Shown: positions 1 to 13,450, counted from the first letter of the stretch. The stretch: DNA of 64,000 nucleotides from Glycera tridactyla (GCA_965644265.1 OZ286460.1:16120001-16184000); one strand, 5' to 3'. Made by a program: numbers and translations. Notes: generated by a model not told the origin, from the sequence alone.

Positions 1-1072
1 GAAAGCTAATGAAGTGATCATTGCTAATAAAATTTGCTTATACCTTAGTAAATCTTCTGAAAACATGGCAAATGAAGGTTGGCTGCATAGCAACTGAGCT
101 GTAATGAGTTGAAATTACACCAACACTTGTCGTACGCAGGACTTGTACTAAGCATGAATTTGTCCTCAACAACAAGTTTGGGTTCACACCACAACAATTT
201 TCTCATTATATTTTTTCTTTCCTAGCTATTAACTTTCCCTTAACACACAGTTTCATCACTTTTAGTAGCTTCATGCTCAGGATGAGTTTGAACAAGCCAT
301 GGTTCGTTATTGTTTGGATTTCCTTAAATGTGTCTGCAGGGCTAGACATTACTACCTGTGGGTAGGTGGGCACTACCTACTTGCACACTGTCTACAGAAA
401 GTGAACGGTCTGGCGGCAGCAATCTGTTGAAATCGAGAGACTGAGTAATCATGGTCTAACCTTTTCAAGAGGCCACTGTACAAAGCTGCCACCTGCCCTA
501 AGCAGCTACATGTACTTATGAATTTTCCACTATAATTCACCTGTGCAAAGCAGCCATCAGACCTAAGCAGTCTCATTTTACCTCCACATAGGGTTGCTGC
601 TTAGGACATGTTTGACTGTAACTATTAATTGAATAAACTATTCAGATTTGGCTCTCAAGTTGTGACGGACAAAAGTCCATCTAGCTCCAACTCCTGAAGA
701 TTTTGATCATCATTAAGCCCTGGATTGTGCTTTATTACCTACTCAGGAATGGCCTCAATGGTATGATTGGATCGTATAGCACCTACGCCGATCATCAAGC
801 CTGATGTCAGATACTTCAAATGCTTTTAATGAAACATCACCGGTCAGTTGTAGTATGAAATATCTGGAAATTCTCCCTTACTGACATAATGAACAAACTC
901 ATCCTGAGCCTGAAGTCATCAAATATGATAAAAGTGTGTGCTCAAGTTCATGTTTATTATAGATCAGTTATAGTGAAATAACATCTAATGAGATGAACAG
1001 AACACTCCTGCTTTGGGCAAATTCTTGCTCAGTACAAGTCTTGCTTTGGGCAAATTTAGCACTACCTCTATA

Positions 1073-1251
1073 TAGTGTAACCTGTGATGAGAGACCTCCC
1101 TGAATGTCACCAAAATGTGGTCTCAAAAGGGGTGGTCTCATATCAGGTATATTTTACTGTGACAAAACGGAAAGCTGCCATGTGGAAGCAGACTCCCATT
1201 AGAGTTGGTCATATTAGAGTTGGTCTCTCATCAAGGGGACAGGTTTTACTA
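1073..1251. mobile_element. Tc1/mariner-like MITE, subfamily B (GAGAGACC motifs)
   Basis: TAGTGTAACCTG..CAGGTTTTACTA ends, TA flanks, internal GAGAGACC/GGTCTCTC repeats. Confidence 0.75.
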
Positions 1252-2973
1252 TACCTGAAAATATGGGTACAAGATAGAATTTTGGTTTGCTGGATGTGTA
1301 ACCTGAGTTACGAGTGGATTTGTCTTACCAGCTGCGGGTTCATACAACCGCGGATATGTTTTATGTAGCGAGAGAAATACGGTTGTAAGCCCCAAGCAAA
1401 CAGCAAGCAGAGCTGGCAGATGAACCTTGCAGGTCGCTCCACACGAGTTTAGGATCGCATCATCGCAAGCCGTAGCGGTGTCATAGGCAGTAGCAGCCAT
1501 ATTGGATACGTCTCTACGCATCAATGAATGGGCCCCAGGTGTGGAGATGTTTGATTTAGAATGTGTCATTTTCATAGAGAGCAGTTATATTAAGACAGGG
1601 CTTCTACTTGTGTTGACAACTCTCATGTCCCGGCATGCTGTACTCATTTGGTCTGAATGCAGGTGGATGATATTCAGTGCAACCTGTTTACAATGACCAA
1701 CCATAATCACTGTAGTCATTGGTGCAATATAGTAGGATATAGTTGGTTTAACGGACATGAGCATGTGGGTAGCAGGGATAATTTTGCGCTGTGCCCTGTG
1801 GCAAATTGCACATAAAGTCGTGAAAGGGCACATTAAACCATATATCTTGTGCCCAGAAGGCACATGGATTTTCCATACTTTGATATGATTACATGGTTTG
1901 AGGCACACACAAATCCGAAATGGCACATGAAATCTGCATCAATGTGCCCGAAAGACCCATACATATTCCTGAGCAAGAAGATCCCTGGGGTAGTCAGGTG
2001 ATAACGCATTTCGCAGGCAACCCACGATTCAAAGTTGAGGGCCATCTGGCAAAATTGTCATAACTTTTGATCACCCTATGAACAGGCATATGAGCTGACT
2101 TGACTTATATGTTGACCTAACAATTTCACTTTCAAAAGTTCACAAGGACCAACCATGGTCAGTTAAGACAGGCCTGCACATAGAATAACATACCACACAG
2201 ATTGTTACTAATAACAGAGCTACTTATACCTGATCAGTCTGCTCTAATCTGATCATGATATTCTATCCAACTCAGTCCTCTGTTTCAAATATATCATACA
2301 TATTGTACCATTTACTTGCAGTTGATATGGACCATGAAGTTTATGGGCAACCAGCCAAGCTCTCTGCATGTAAAACCAAGCTATAAATTCTGCTGGTTTT
2401 GTAGTTGTGCTCACATGTGAACACTCCAAGGGAGGGCACTGGCAATTTCAAAATGTGGAGCTGGTCATATTTGAACAGTGCAGTTACTGGTTCACTCATC
2501 TTGCATTCACAAATTTCCTGGTTTTGATTGATTGAGTAATGATCAATAATTCTTCAACAAAACATAGAAGAATGGGTCACTTCTTTTTGAGGTGTGTTTG
2601 AACTGTCAGCTACTTCCACTTCACAACCTTTCAGGTGCCCCATCATCTTGTGTTCAGGGTTTGTGGTAGTGATGCCTGCAGCATCTAGCTTTCATGTACC
2701 AGGAACACAAGGCATATATAATCATCTGGATTGATTCTATCTTATCAAATCTTAATCAAACTAAAGCAGTATATATTTTCTAGATAATAATTGAGCTGCG
2801 AAAGATGTTGTATGATTAGTCTTTGACTTGATGAAAAATATTTTGCCACTTTTTTGCAAAATAAGAGGGTGGATCTTCATCAAGTATGCATCACTGACAC
2901 CAATCCACACTGCTTACCTTCTGTTATCCAGTCAGCAGCACTTGATAAAAATGTACCACATTCATTGAGTGAT

Positions 2974-3150
2974 AAGTCAAACTTGTCCTAAGCAAGACTT
3001 GTACTAAGCAAGAACTTGCCCTAAGCAACAGGTTTTTGATCATCCCGCCAGAGTATTTTTCATCATAATTGACTTTTCTAAGCATGAACTTGCCCTAGGC
3101 ACACAGTTTTTTTGCTTCCCTTGCCTTCATGCTTAGGACAAGTTTGACTG
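2974..3150. mobile_element. Tc1/mariner-like MITE, subfamily C (CTAAGCAA motifs)
   Basis: 20 bp inverted termini AGTCAAACTTGTCCTAAGCA / TGCTTAGGACAAGTTTGACT(G)TA; three CTAAGCAA repeats at the left end. Related pieces at about 116-170, 595-620 and 1005-1060. Confidence 0.85.
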
Positions 3151-3192
3151 TACTGACCATGTGTTTTTTTTACAGTAAGCAGGTATGAAGTA

Positions 3193-3437
3193 CAGTCGAC
3201 CCTGCCTATAAAGACCGCCTTCGGTTGCATCCAAAAGCGGCCTTTATTGGCAGGTGGTCTTTATAGAGAGGTCATTCACTGTTGAAAATACTACCACGGT
3301 CGCAGCTCAGGTGGTCAAAAAGCGGCCTTTATGGGCAGGTGGTCTTTATAGAGAGGTCATTTACTGTGGAAAATACTACCACGGTCCCAGCTCAGGTGGT
3401 CTTTATAGAGAGGTGGTCTTTAGAGCAGGTTCAACTG
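3193..3437. mobile_element. MITE subfamily A (TATAAAGACC motifs) with internal 85 bp tandem duplication
   Basis: TA-CAGTCGACCCTG..CAGGTTCAACTG; unit AAAAGCGGCC..CAGCTCAGGTGGTC repeated at 3233 and 3318. Confidence 0.9.
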
Positions 3438-4209
3438 TGTTTTCTGCATTGAACAACCCCTCTGAAGATCACTGGTGTATAAGGATAACTTTCAATGCAA
3501 ACAAATGGTGGTCTTTGTAGTCAGGTTTGACTGTAGTTGATATGTTTACTCTACCCATCTTATACCATTTAGCCCATATTTTACCATTGTAGAGAAGGGA
3601 CGGATAAGGTGATGTAAGCAAGTGATACACAGGGGAATGATGTATGATGAAACTGGACACTTACTCAGCCTTGTTACAAGTGATATATCATCGAGAAATG
3701 AGAAACGGAAATTGGCCACCCAGACTGACTTTTACACTTGATGTAGTACTAGGTGACTGGAACGACCACACAAAAAGGACAAGAATGACTCCCCTCTGCC
3801 GTGTGCCGTGTGCCTTGTGGTGAAAAGTGCACCTTTTCCCGCACCTTTTGATATCACAATATGGAAATCAACAGGGTCACCGATGCAAGCTGCATCCAAG
3901 ATAGTGGTTGTTCACCTAATCAGCTCAATCATATGGAACATTCAACTAATAAGGCATGTGATTTCTCTGTACTATGAGACTTGCAATTCACTGGGAAATG
4001 GACTTCTATTATTTTGTGTGTTTCATCCTATGTTTTGCCTTGATAATTGTGCACATTGTTGAATGGTTGTCTCATATGTGTACAGCCTTTTTTACCTTAA
4101 AATCATTAACCGGGTCTCTTTGCTAGATGGTAAATCATGCAGTTATCAATCACTCTACATCTCTCCTTCTCTCTGTTTGACCTTTCGACCTGTTTGTCAT
4201 CTTGTTCAG

Positions 4210-4338
4210 CTCACATATATTCAGTCAGTAGGAAGAATTTCTCAACACATAGTAGGCTTTGCCGGTATTTACTCTCAAGTAACAAAGCTATTGCCTCGAA
4301 ACCCAGAAGAAGGAATTAGCCTATGCCCAAGAAGGCAG
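4210..4338 (+). CDS. Candidate internal host exon (phase 0-0), LTYIQSVGRISQHIVGFAGIYSQVTKLLPRNPEEGISLCPRRQ
   Basis: Pyrimidine tract + CAG acceptor (..TGTCATCTTGTTCAG), 129 nt stop-free frame, CAG/GTATTG donor. Confidence 0.55.
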
Positions 4339-4695
4339 GTATTGCTTATGGGATGGGCCAGTAGTGGGACAGGGAAGGATATATTGGTTGAAGATAGACA
4401 TACACATAGTATGAGGTCATTCATATATTAGATGTGAACAAATGACTCAGAAGTGAGAACTCAATTTCCTCAGCTTTGATATGCAAACATTCCAGATCAC
4501 TCATTACATTCGTTCATCATGTCATTCGTGGGTAACGGTACTTGCTCATCTTATTCATTGCTTCTGAAAGCCTATCTTCCATGTGACTTGGCCCTATATA
4601 AAAATTAGATGTATTGATGTAATGTACATTTTGTATTATGTACATGCAGGTTTGAGAGTGTTCTTAATTGGCTACTTCTGTTCTGTCTGCCTTAG

Positions 4696-4744
4696 TTGCT
4701 GATGGAAATTAATATATCCTGGGATGGACTCAAAATGAGAGGAA
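4696..4744 (+). CDS. Candidate host exon, LLMEINISWDGLKMRG
   Basis: Strong acceptor CTTCTGTTCTGTCTGCCTTAG and donor AA/GTGAGT; phase-compatible with the 4210-4338 exon. Confidence 0.55.
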
Positions 4745-6086
4745 GTGAGTTGGTGCATCTAGGAGCCATATATAATGGCTGGAATACTTCGATGCTTCAA
4801 TTCAATTAAAAGATTTATTTACTTCACAGATATACGTTTATGTACATACAATACAGGATTTCTATGTCAGTCGTGCAAATAAAACATCAGTAAATACTCC
4901 TGTTTTAAATCGTAAAGAAGTGAGATAATGCGATCACTCTTTGTTAGGATGTAGGAGACAATGAAAATGGTAGGATAATGTCAGAATCTTTATTGGCAAA
5001 AACATTGCATTTCACAATCATGAAATAAATTCACACAAATTCATCTGCGATCAGACCCTTCAGTATATTTATACTGCTGTTGCCAATCTCTACTGAAATC
5101 ATGCAAAAATATTTTATGGGATACATTGACTCTTTATTCAAGCTCACAGGAGCATCTGGTTATCTGATAGCTGTAGCACATTGCGTACTTAATCCTTTGG
5201 GTTTTTATGTGCCATTAAACTCCTGTCAATCAATCAATCATTCAATCAGTCAATCAACCAATCGATCAATCAATTCCAGTAATCCACTCTAGTCATGCTC
5301 AAATATAGAGAAACTTGCTGATGACTTGTAGGAATTATCTGGTCCTACATGGGGGCCATAATGAAATGCTCGCATGAGTTCAGAGAGTGGAGTATGACAC
5401 TGTCACTTCAGAGCCTCGGACATACAAAAACACAAACAGCATGAGTTGGAACTCATTTTTAGGCAAATAAATTCATGCTCACTAGGACAGTAATTAGGAA
5501 GGATGAATTCTTCTTGCATATTGTACATTCACACATTAGTGAGAAACTTGAAACTCAAGTCCATTTTTAACACTGCACATGAGCCATGCCCTGTCATATA
5601 CTGTTTCACTTGCTACATAATAAGGTATGTATGTTTTCTGTTAAAAAGACACTGTACACTTCATAAACATATTTCTATGCATCATTCACTAACATGACAG
5701 TTGATTTTTTTCTCCTATTATGTCTTGGAGTATATATTGTATGTGTGACTTTTGTATCATATATTGGATGGACCATTGCTCAAAGTGTCTTGTCATTCCA
5801 GTTTTTAAGGCTGTTTTCATCAAAAATGGCAACTTATTGCCACGATGATGAGCACAGCTGGGATGTGCACTTGCCATGACTACATTTTGACAAAGATGGT
5901 GGTGTGGAAAGGGAGGGAAATTGAGAAGCAGAAATGCCGGGTGCCTGTTTTTCTGAGGCATGAAACATTGAAGCTTCAAAACTCTCTCATCTGAGAATTC
6001 ACCGATACCTGTTTCATTTCCTGGACTTGTATGATGACTATGTCTGAGGAATATACATTAGTGAATAAAGCATGAGGCACATTATA

Positions 6087-6243
6087 CAGTCGAACCTGCT
6101 CTAAAGACCACCTCTCTATAAAGACCGCCTGAGATGCGACCGTGGTAGTATTTTCAACAGTAAATGACCTCTATAAAGACCACCTGCCCATAAAGACCGC
6201 TTTTTGAAGCGACCAAAGGGGTCTTTATAGACAGGTTCGACTG
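6087..6243. mobile_element. MITE subfamily A, complete (157 bp)
   Basis: Perfect 12 bp TIR CAGTCGAACCTG/CAGGTTCGACTG, TA on both sides, multiple TAAAGACC motifs. Confidence 0.93.
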
Positions 6244-7535
6244 TACCTTGAGAATGAGCCTGGAAATACAAGTAAGGAGAGGCCACATTTGTTGATGAAC
6301 AGGATTGAAAAAATACCAGGTGCATGACCTTCATAAATTTCACCTTATGGTGCATGAATTGCAGAGTTTCAGGATTACGGAGTAGGGGATGACTGCTCCA
6401 AAAGTAAAATCCCTATGATTCAAATGATGGGCTCATGTTAGTCATTATTATATTTATGTGATTTATGAAAAATGCTAATGGTGCAGTCAAACTTGCAACG
6501 AAAAACCCACCTTGAAGTGGTCCTTCAAATGGCATCATAGGTGTATATATTTAACTATGAGAAATGCTACCCTGAGAACTGGTCTCGTGACATAGGTTTC
6601 ACTGGATGATGGTGTTACACCCTTTTATTGTCATCCATTCATGTGTCATTGTTGTTGGACAAAACATCTCGAATGAAAAATGAAAGTATTTTAGCATTCC
6701 CGACATGATGTGGGATGCATTAAATGAAAAACATACACACATCATATTACAGTAAGACAAACATGTTACATTTATTTAATCCCTAGTTCCAACATCACTC
6801 AGCCTGTTGCTGTGCAGCCTGCTGACTTCTGTATTCTGAAGCAATTTGACTCATCTGTGCTGCTTTCTCTCTTGTAGTTTAGGGGTATTTGTCAATGAAG
6901 TTGATATTTCATTGACAACAGTAGCAATGGTACAGATTTACATACATTCTATCATTGATAAACCAGGCAAATAACTGAACAAACCAATTCCTGAATTCCT
7001 GTTACATTTCGGGGGGGGGGGGGGGGGGGGGGGGAGGAGGAGAGAGAGCTGCCCTTCATGCTTTAGTCTGTTAATATATACAGGAAGAACACATGACTTA
7101 CATAATGATCTGGGTTGACATTGAACCTCTACCAAAACAAACTGCAGGAGGTCCAGTGGAAATTTGGGGGAGGGCAGCTGAAAATACCACTTCAGCTGCC
7201 CAAAGCATTGTTGAAGAAAAAAATTATGTAAAGCCTTCTTCCACTAAAAGTATAACTCTCATTAGGAATCTAATTGAATTGAGATATTTTGAGTTTGTGA
7301 TTATTCAGTCTTTTCAAGTGAGTGTCTTGAATTGGTGGTAGGCTGATGACAGTTTCCCACACATCATGACAAGCAGAGGGTGGTGGTGACATATAGAGAA
7401 GGGTTGGCTGTATAAGCCGATTGACATGGTTCCCTACTTACGTCAGTCAATGTTTTTCAATGTTAAGCATCTCGACCAGCTTGCAGAGTTTGCCAGGGAT
7501 ATTTAGGTTGGTGAACCCTTCAACTTTCTGTACAG

Positions 7536-7660
7536 GCAGAGAAAACTCCAAATTTGAGATTTATAATTGTGAACCCAATTAAGCAGTTGAACTTCAACTT
7601 TGGATTCGATATTATGAGACTATCGCATACATTCATCGATGCCGCCATCATCAACCTGAA
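7536..7660 (+). CDS. Candidate host exon, AEKTPNLRFIIVNPIKQLNFNFGFDIMRLSHTFIDAAIINL
   Basis: Acceptor CAACTTTCTGTACAG (alternative AG at 7538-7539 gives a phase-1 start at 7540), stop-free frame, donor AA/GTATAA (moderate). Confidence 0.4.
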
Positions 7661-8300
7661 GTATAAAATGAACTGGAACTACAATTTGTGCATGTACTTG
7701 TGCTACAATAACCATCTGTAGAAGTGAGTGTAGGATAAGTTGTAGAGGATGCGCCTAAAATGGGCTCAGAGATTCAAATTGGTCTTGGCCACCCTGAGAT
7801 GCAATCCTAAGAGTATTTCCTACTGTAAACAACCTCTTTTTTTCATTTTCATTTTGATGATTTATGGTGTGGTCACTGAACCACTATACAAATGTTGTGC
7901 TAGGCTATAAAGGACACCTGTCTAGAAAGGCTTGTTGATCACATGGATCTATATACTTGCTATCTTGGCAATATGTATGTATGAATAAAAACTTTCATCT
8001 TTCTGTCTTATTGAATTCATTCCAGGTGTAGGCTCTCAGCTGTATCAATATTCAGCACAAATATAAACTCTCATGTGGTGTAACTGTTTGTTCAGACAAA
8101 TGAGAAAAAGTAAAGGTCACTGTCAAAAGTCTGCTTATATTTTATCAACTCTAATAAACACAACTTTGAATCTGTCATGTCCATTCTAGAAATGATGGTT
8201 CTGATTTTGTTCTAAATTTGGATGAAGTCACATCACCAGTAGCTTCAATCCAGGGCTTGATATCCCCATTTTGTGGTTAAGCCTTATGTGTGATGGAATA

Positions 8301-8504
8301 CAGGGCTATACATCAACTTTTTTCTTCTGCTGTATTTTGGGCAGGTGAAGAGGGACTTTCATCTGCCCACCTACATATTGGGATATATTAATTAAATAAT
8401 GGTTGTGTACCTGCGCATTAGGTAGGTAGATTGAAAACATCACCTGCCCTAACAGTGAATCTGCCTGTCTGTACCAGAAGGGCAGCCCTTAGTGTGAAGC
8501 CCTG
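8301..8504. mobile_element. hAT-like MITE (CAGGGCT..AGCCCTG) with GGCAGGT/ACCTGCC subterminal repeats
   Basis: Inverted termini CAGGGCTATACA / TGTGAAGCCCTG; same family at 50767-50979 and partially at about 14530-14640. No clean 8 bp TSD. Confidence 0.65.
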
Positions 8505-8955
8505 GAATACAGTTGACACCTGCATCATGGAAATGGGTCCTTCAAAAGAGGTGGTCTTATTGAAGATGTGTATGACCACTGTCGAACATGTCAAGATCCA
8601 TAAGTGGTCATTGTCGACAGGTGGTCTTTAAAGAGAGAATTTCAACTGTAGAAAATGCTCTCATGGTCATGGGTCTTTTGTGGCATGTGGTCTTTCTATA
8701 CAAGAGTCCTCTTGAGCAGGTTCAGGTTCGACTATGTCAAAAAAAGAAGCAGGTCTGAGAATATGGTCTGTGGTTGAAGGTCGTTATCGTCACTGGTTTC
8801 ACTTTGGAGCTTCCTGGTACCTGTCCTCACTGACCTTGAGTTCACATCTCATGTAGGTGTGAATAGTGGTCACTGAGTGCACTTGAACATCTGGGACAAA
8901 CTGAATGATTGGCCATGTGGGCATTCTGAAGTGGATTCAGTAACTGTTAAGGCAC

Positions 8956-9093
8956 GAAGGCTAACACTTAGGACCTGGTTTATGGACTTGAAAGTTTGCA
9001 AGAAGGCTAACACTTAGGACCTGGTTTATGGACTTGAAAGTTTGCAAGAAGGCTAACACTTAGGACCTGGTTTATGGACTTGAAAGTTTGCAA
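8956..9093 (+). repeat. Perfect 46 bp x3 tandem repeat
   Basis: GAAGGCTAACACTTAGGACCTGGTTTATGGACTTGAAAGTTTGCAA at 8956, 9002 and 9048. Confidence 0.97.
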
Positions 9094-9209
9094 ATCGGGG
9101 CTTGACACCATCGATTCTACCTCACTTGCCTAGTTGGAGGAGTGCTTAATGTAGAGTACCTGCCATTGTAATGAACCTCCACGCACCCATTACCCGCATT
9201 ATTCATATA

Positions 9210-9546
9210 CAATCAAACCTGTCTATAAAGACAGCCTTGGGTCACATAAATAATTGGCCTTCATATGCAGGTGGTCTCTGAGAGATCAGTCACTGTTAAA
9301 ACTACTACCACGATCACAGCTCAGGGTGGCCTTTATAAACAGGTGACCTTTAGTGGTCTTTAGAGCAGGACAGTGAAATCTGTGATGAGAGACTGCTCTA
9401 AATGTCACCAAAATCTGGTCTCTCATAAGAGGTATTCTCTTGATGGAGACGTATTTGACCTTGTCAATTAGGAAAGCTACCCTACAGAAGTAGTCCCCTA
9501 TCAGGGGTGGTCTCTCATCAGATGACTCTGTCCACAGGTTTTGATG
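9210..9546. mobile_element. Abutting MITEs: subfamily A (9210-9369, right tip lost) and subfamily B (9371-9546)
   Basis: CAATCAAACCTGTCTATAAAGAC..GGTCTTTAGAGCAGG immediately followed by CAGTGAAATCTGTGATGAGAGAC..CAGGTTTTGATG-TA. Confidence 0.75.
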
Positions 9547-10129
9547 TATCCTCGAAATATATATCTGATGTTTGGGTAAGTGGGCATGAAAATACACTTG
9601 CTTGGACATATATTTTACTTGCTTCAGGCAATGATGCAAAACTAAGACCAGAAATCAAGCAGTTTCATCTTGAAACTCACTGCAGAGAAATGGATAGGCA
9701 TGTCAATTACTGTACTGTGCCCAAACAGGCAGATCCAGGCTTGGTAGAAAATAATGTAAGAATTGAGCACCTGCAGTTTTGGAATGCACTGCCGAGAAAT
9801 GTCACCTGCGTGGCTATCCTCATACACTGTGTGATTTATTGTCATTAATATATAATCACAGAAAGTAAACTCCCCCTTCCCTTTGTTCGATAGTGAAATG
9901 CCTGTATAAAGGATGGTGAGTCAAAGGGCTGACTTTACGGCGGTTTAAGTGGTGATGGTGACCTTAGCTGTGAGATGTCTTTTAACCACACTGTAGCCAG
10001 ATCAGTCCACACTATTTATTGGGCATGTGGCTAGTTTACACTTTCTTATTGAAGCTCTGTATGAGTAGGAACCCATTCTCCCTTCATGTTATTTGGAAAC
10101 TTTTTGGAAAAATTCCTAAACTTTTCTAG

Positions 10130-10169
10130 GTTCAGTTATACTGGGCCTGATATTTGCTGTATTGCCGGT
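10130..10169 (+). CDS. Candidate 40 nt host exon (FSYTGPDICCIAG or SVILGLIFAVLP)
   Basis: CTTTTCTAG acceptor and GT/GTAAGT donor; two of three frames open. Confidence 0.35.
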
Positions 10170-13099
10170 GTAAGTGAAATTCATAGTTGAGCAAATAGAT
10201 GACCATGACCACCTGCTCAATGAAAAGTATATCTCAGAAATATTAATGCATTTCAAATTAGTCGTGTGGGGATATTCACTATTTTGGCAAGTATGTTTAC
10301 TCACTTATGATCTATTTGCGTCATGATGCAGTATTTTGAGGTCCCTAGTGAGAATGAGACCATCAACGTATCAGCTATCCTGGGGGTCAGTACATAGTGG
10401 TCACTGCCATCCCAGAGGTCAGCACTTGGTCAGCACTTGGTCCCCATGTTGTCATTTCTGGGGTCAGTACTTGATGGCAATACATACTCTTCCTTCATGA
10501 TAATATTGAACATTTGCAATCATCACATTGGAATTGAAGACCAATATATCCAAAGCGATTATCAATCAAACTTTTAGCAAGGGAAAGTTTCTTTATTTTA
10601 CAAATCCACTACAGCAAAACCTGCAATAGTTGACTTGATAGATACACTGATGAGAGGCAATCTCTTTTGAAGGAAAACTTTTTGAGCACTATTTGGAAAT
10701 CAACAAAACTTTCAAAACTCATGATGTGAGTTAGAGGGGTTAAACCCTAAACACTCGAAGAAATGATATCAAAGTTGCAAAAATAAGTGAGGAAGTAACA
10801 CCGTTGCACATGGATGATTTTTACAATCACCCATTTAGTTGCGCCTTTTGAATGCTTTTGTGTCGGAATCACCAACGTTGTCATCGTACAACGCCTGCCT
10901 GAATTTCCAGCAATGGTGATTCATTTCCTGATGGCTATTCGATGTCATGCATTCACGCACAGGAAGTACAGAAATATTTTCTTGAGTTTTTGATATCATT
11001 TCACAGACTATGATGAATGTGCTTCTAGCATTTCTTCAATTTACAGCTTATGCCTTAGATTTAAAATTCAAATTATATTGTCAATATGAATTAATCGTGT
11101 TGAGATGTTCCCAGATGAAGTAGTTCATTACTTTTGGGCTGCTGTTTTCCACTTTGAATTTGACATTAATTGCAAAATGTTGGCTCTGAGGTGCGATCTT
11201 CTCCTTTTCAATTTGTGCAATTGGTATGCAATGTAGAGGTCGTATATACTGTAGCATTTTTTCAGATTTCATACATATGTATTTGACTATTTCTGTTTGA
11301 GCAGGTATAGTGGAACCTGCTATGAGAGACTGCGCTAAGTCTCATCAAAATGTGAGCTCTCATTAGAGGTATATTCAAGTATATTGATAGAAAAGCTGCA
11401 GGTTTCACTGTACAAGGATCTCCCTATAGTGTGTTGTCATGCCCAGTGCACATTATCTTCACTACTGGAGTATAGATTATTTGGAAAGTCTCCTATTGGT
11501 CCACATTTTCGAAAAGAATCGCACGTGCCGCTGCCACCTCTGTCACCATCACATGTAATTTAGCCTTGATTTGAATGTCTTAAAACATTTCTCAAACCAA
11601 CCAGGGCAACCACCATGATCACCACCATAACATCTTTCACCACATTTATCACCACAATCATGTGAAATGCATATTAGGAAGGGTAGAAAAAAAGGACAAA
11701 CTTCGATAGTCAGCTTGAGAAAAGGGAAATGGGGGAGTGTGGTATGCCCTCCAACCACCTGTTTTGTATCAGCTGTCTAGATCTTTTACCACAGCTCGAC
11801 ATGGCTTTGATAAAAACTGACCTGTGTACAGATGGAAATTATTCAAGAAGTACTCATTTTTGTCTTTGCCTGTGATTGAAGACATTTCTTAGGTGGGTTT
11901 CCTGGGGATCATTCCACAGCAACCATGTTAGATATCATCCTTCTGAAACAAATTTCTACCTAGTGACTCACCCACTTAAAACCATATGTTGGATATTAAC
12001 ACATTCTGATGGTAACTTCATTATCAATGCTCCCTTCAATATGTGAAGCAATATTCTTGATGCAATGGTTTTTGCATATTATGTCACCAGAATGTGAAGG
12101 TTTAGAAAAGTGGCATGAAAAACAGCCTATTTGTCACATTTAAACCTGCTGTTTCAACCAATGATACGGTTCCCAGTGTTTTCACCCCTGCTCAGATTTT
12201 GAAATGTTCCTTTTTGATTGATGTTTATAGCTATAGTTAAAAATGCAGGGAGAGATTACCGCATATGCCACCAAAAAGTGGTCTTACAATAAAGTGGTCT
12301 CCCCAGCCATACCCCTTGCATGGGCATCCCAATATAGCCCATATGGTGCTTATGGGATCTACAACAACCAACCAACCAACCATCACCTCAGAGGTTCATT
12401 TTATTGCATCAAACAGAAGAGCTACACTGGAATACGGTACTTGTTTCCCTTCGAAGGTTCATCTCTTTCTGGGTGTCTCTTGTGGATTCCACTATGGTTA
12501 GATGCGGGAGTACCAAAAGAATACCTGAGGTTCCAGGGTCAACCTCAATACCAGCTTCACGTCTCTAGAGTACTTACACTGAGGGTTGTATTGAATGAAG
12601 CGGCTGGCCGGTTTTTGAAAGAGGTTGCCCTAGGTCAAGCCCCTTGATCTGTCTTCCAATCTCTCCGATAAGTACCCCATTATTGAAACTGTCAAGGACA
12701 TGGTCATCCTTTGATGATAAAGTAAACCAGCCATTATCATAGATCAGGCATAAATGGTTTGGATCCACGCATTACTGAATATACTTGTCCTGCCTATTTC
12801 CTCGGCTCTTATCATTGTCATTTTGTAATTGAAGATGGTAAGCACATTTTCATGACACTTGTTGAACAGGTGCCCCCCCCCCCCCCTGTCACCAATAAAC
12901 CCCTATATAGCAAGATACCCAATTTGTTTTGGAAAAGAGAGAAAATATTACTGTTTCCTTGTCTAGTAAAGATGTATGAATTTGTCAGATTTGTTTCAAG
13001 TTGGGTATTCAGACAAATGGTTATTATTGAATTCACATTTTCAGAGTCATCAGTAAAACCTGCAGCTTGTGTTTGATTTCGATCACTGATACTTGATTG

Positions 13100-13450
13100 G
13101 AATACAGGTCAACAATCCCCATACTTGACAGACTACTACAACTATCACAGTTCAGTTGAATCAACTATGGAGTTCCCATGAATGCTGAGAAAAATCTTTG
13201 CCAATGCACAATTGAACTTTTCCATTTCCATTTATCCGTTCGAGATAAATTGGTAGGCTTTGCGTCCATCAGCCATGGTCATTCACTCGTCCATCTCCAC
13301 TGGATTCCAGTCAAGACTGAGGATTCCTCGAAGTGGCTTGACAATATCTCCAACTCTTAAAGGCATTTGAATTCCTCAGGACTGAGACCAAACATTTCAG
13401 GTCCCAGTTGCATAGTTTCTGAGTGCGAGCAAGGCTTGATGACCCAGTTC
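13100..13450 (-). pseudogene. Possible decayed RTE-type APE endonuclease fragment
   Basis: Minus frame reads ATGT*NVWS at about 13384-13415, resembling the GTWNVRS start of APE domains; otherwise degenerate. Confidence 0.25.

Noticed and set aside
8956-9093. CRISPR-like regular repeat
   Set aside because: Units are contiguous with no unique spacers, no cas genes, and the DNA is eukaryotic.
12243-12768. 134 aa plus ORF and 64 aa minus ORF with GTAAGT donor
   Set aside because: No recognisable domain; begins in a MITE fragment and sits in what looks like a decayed minus-strand retroelement end (AATAAA + (GGTT)n); the acceptor frame has an upstream stop.
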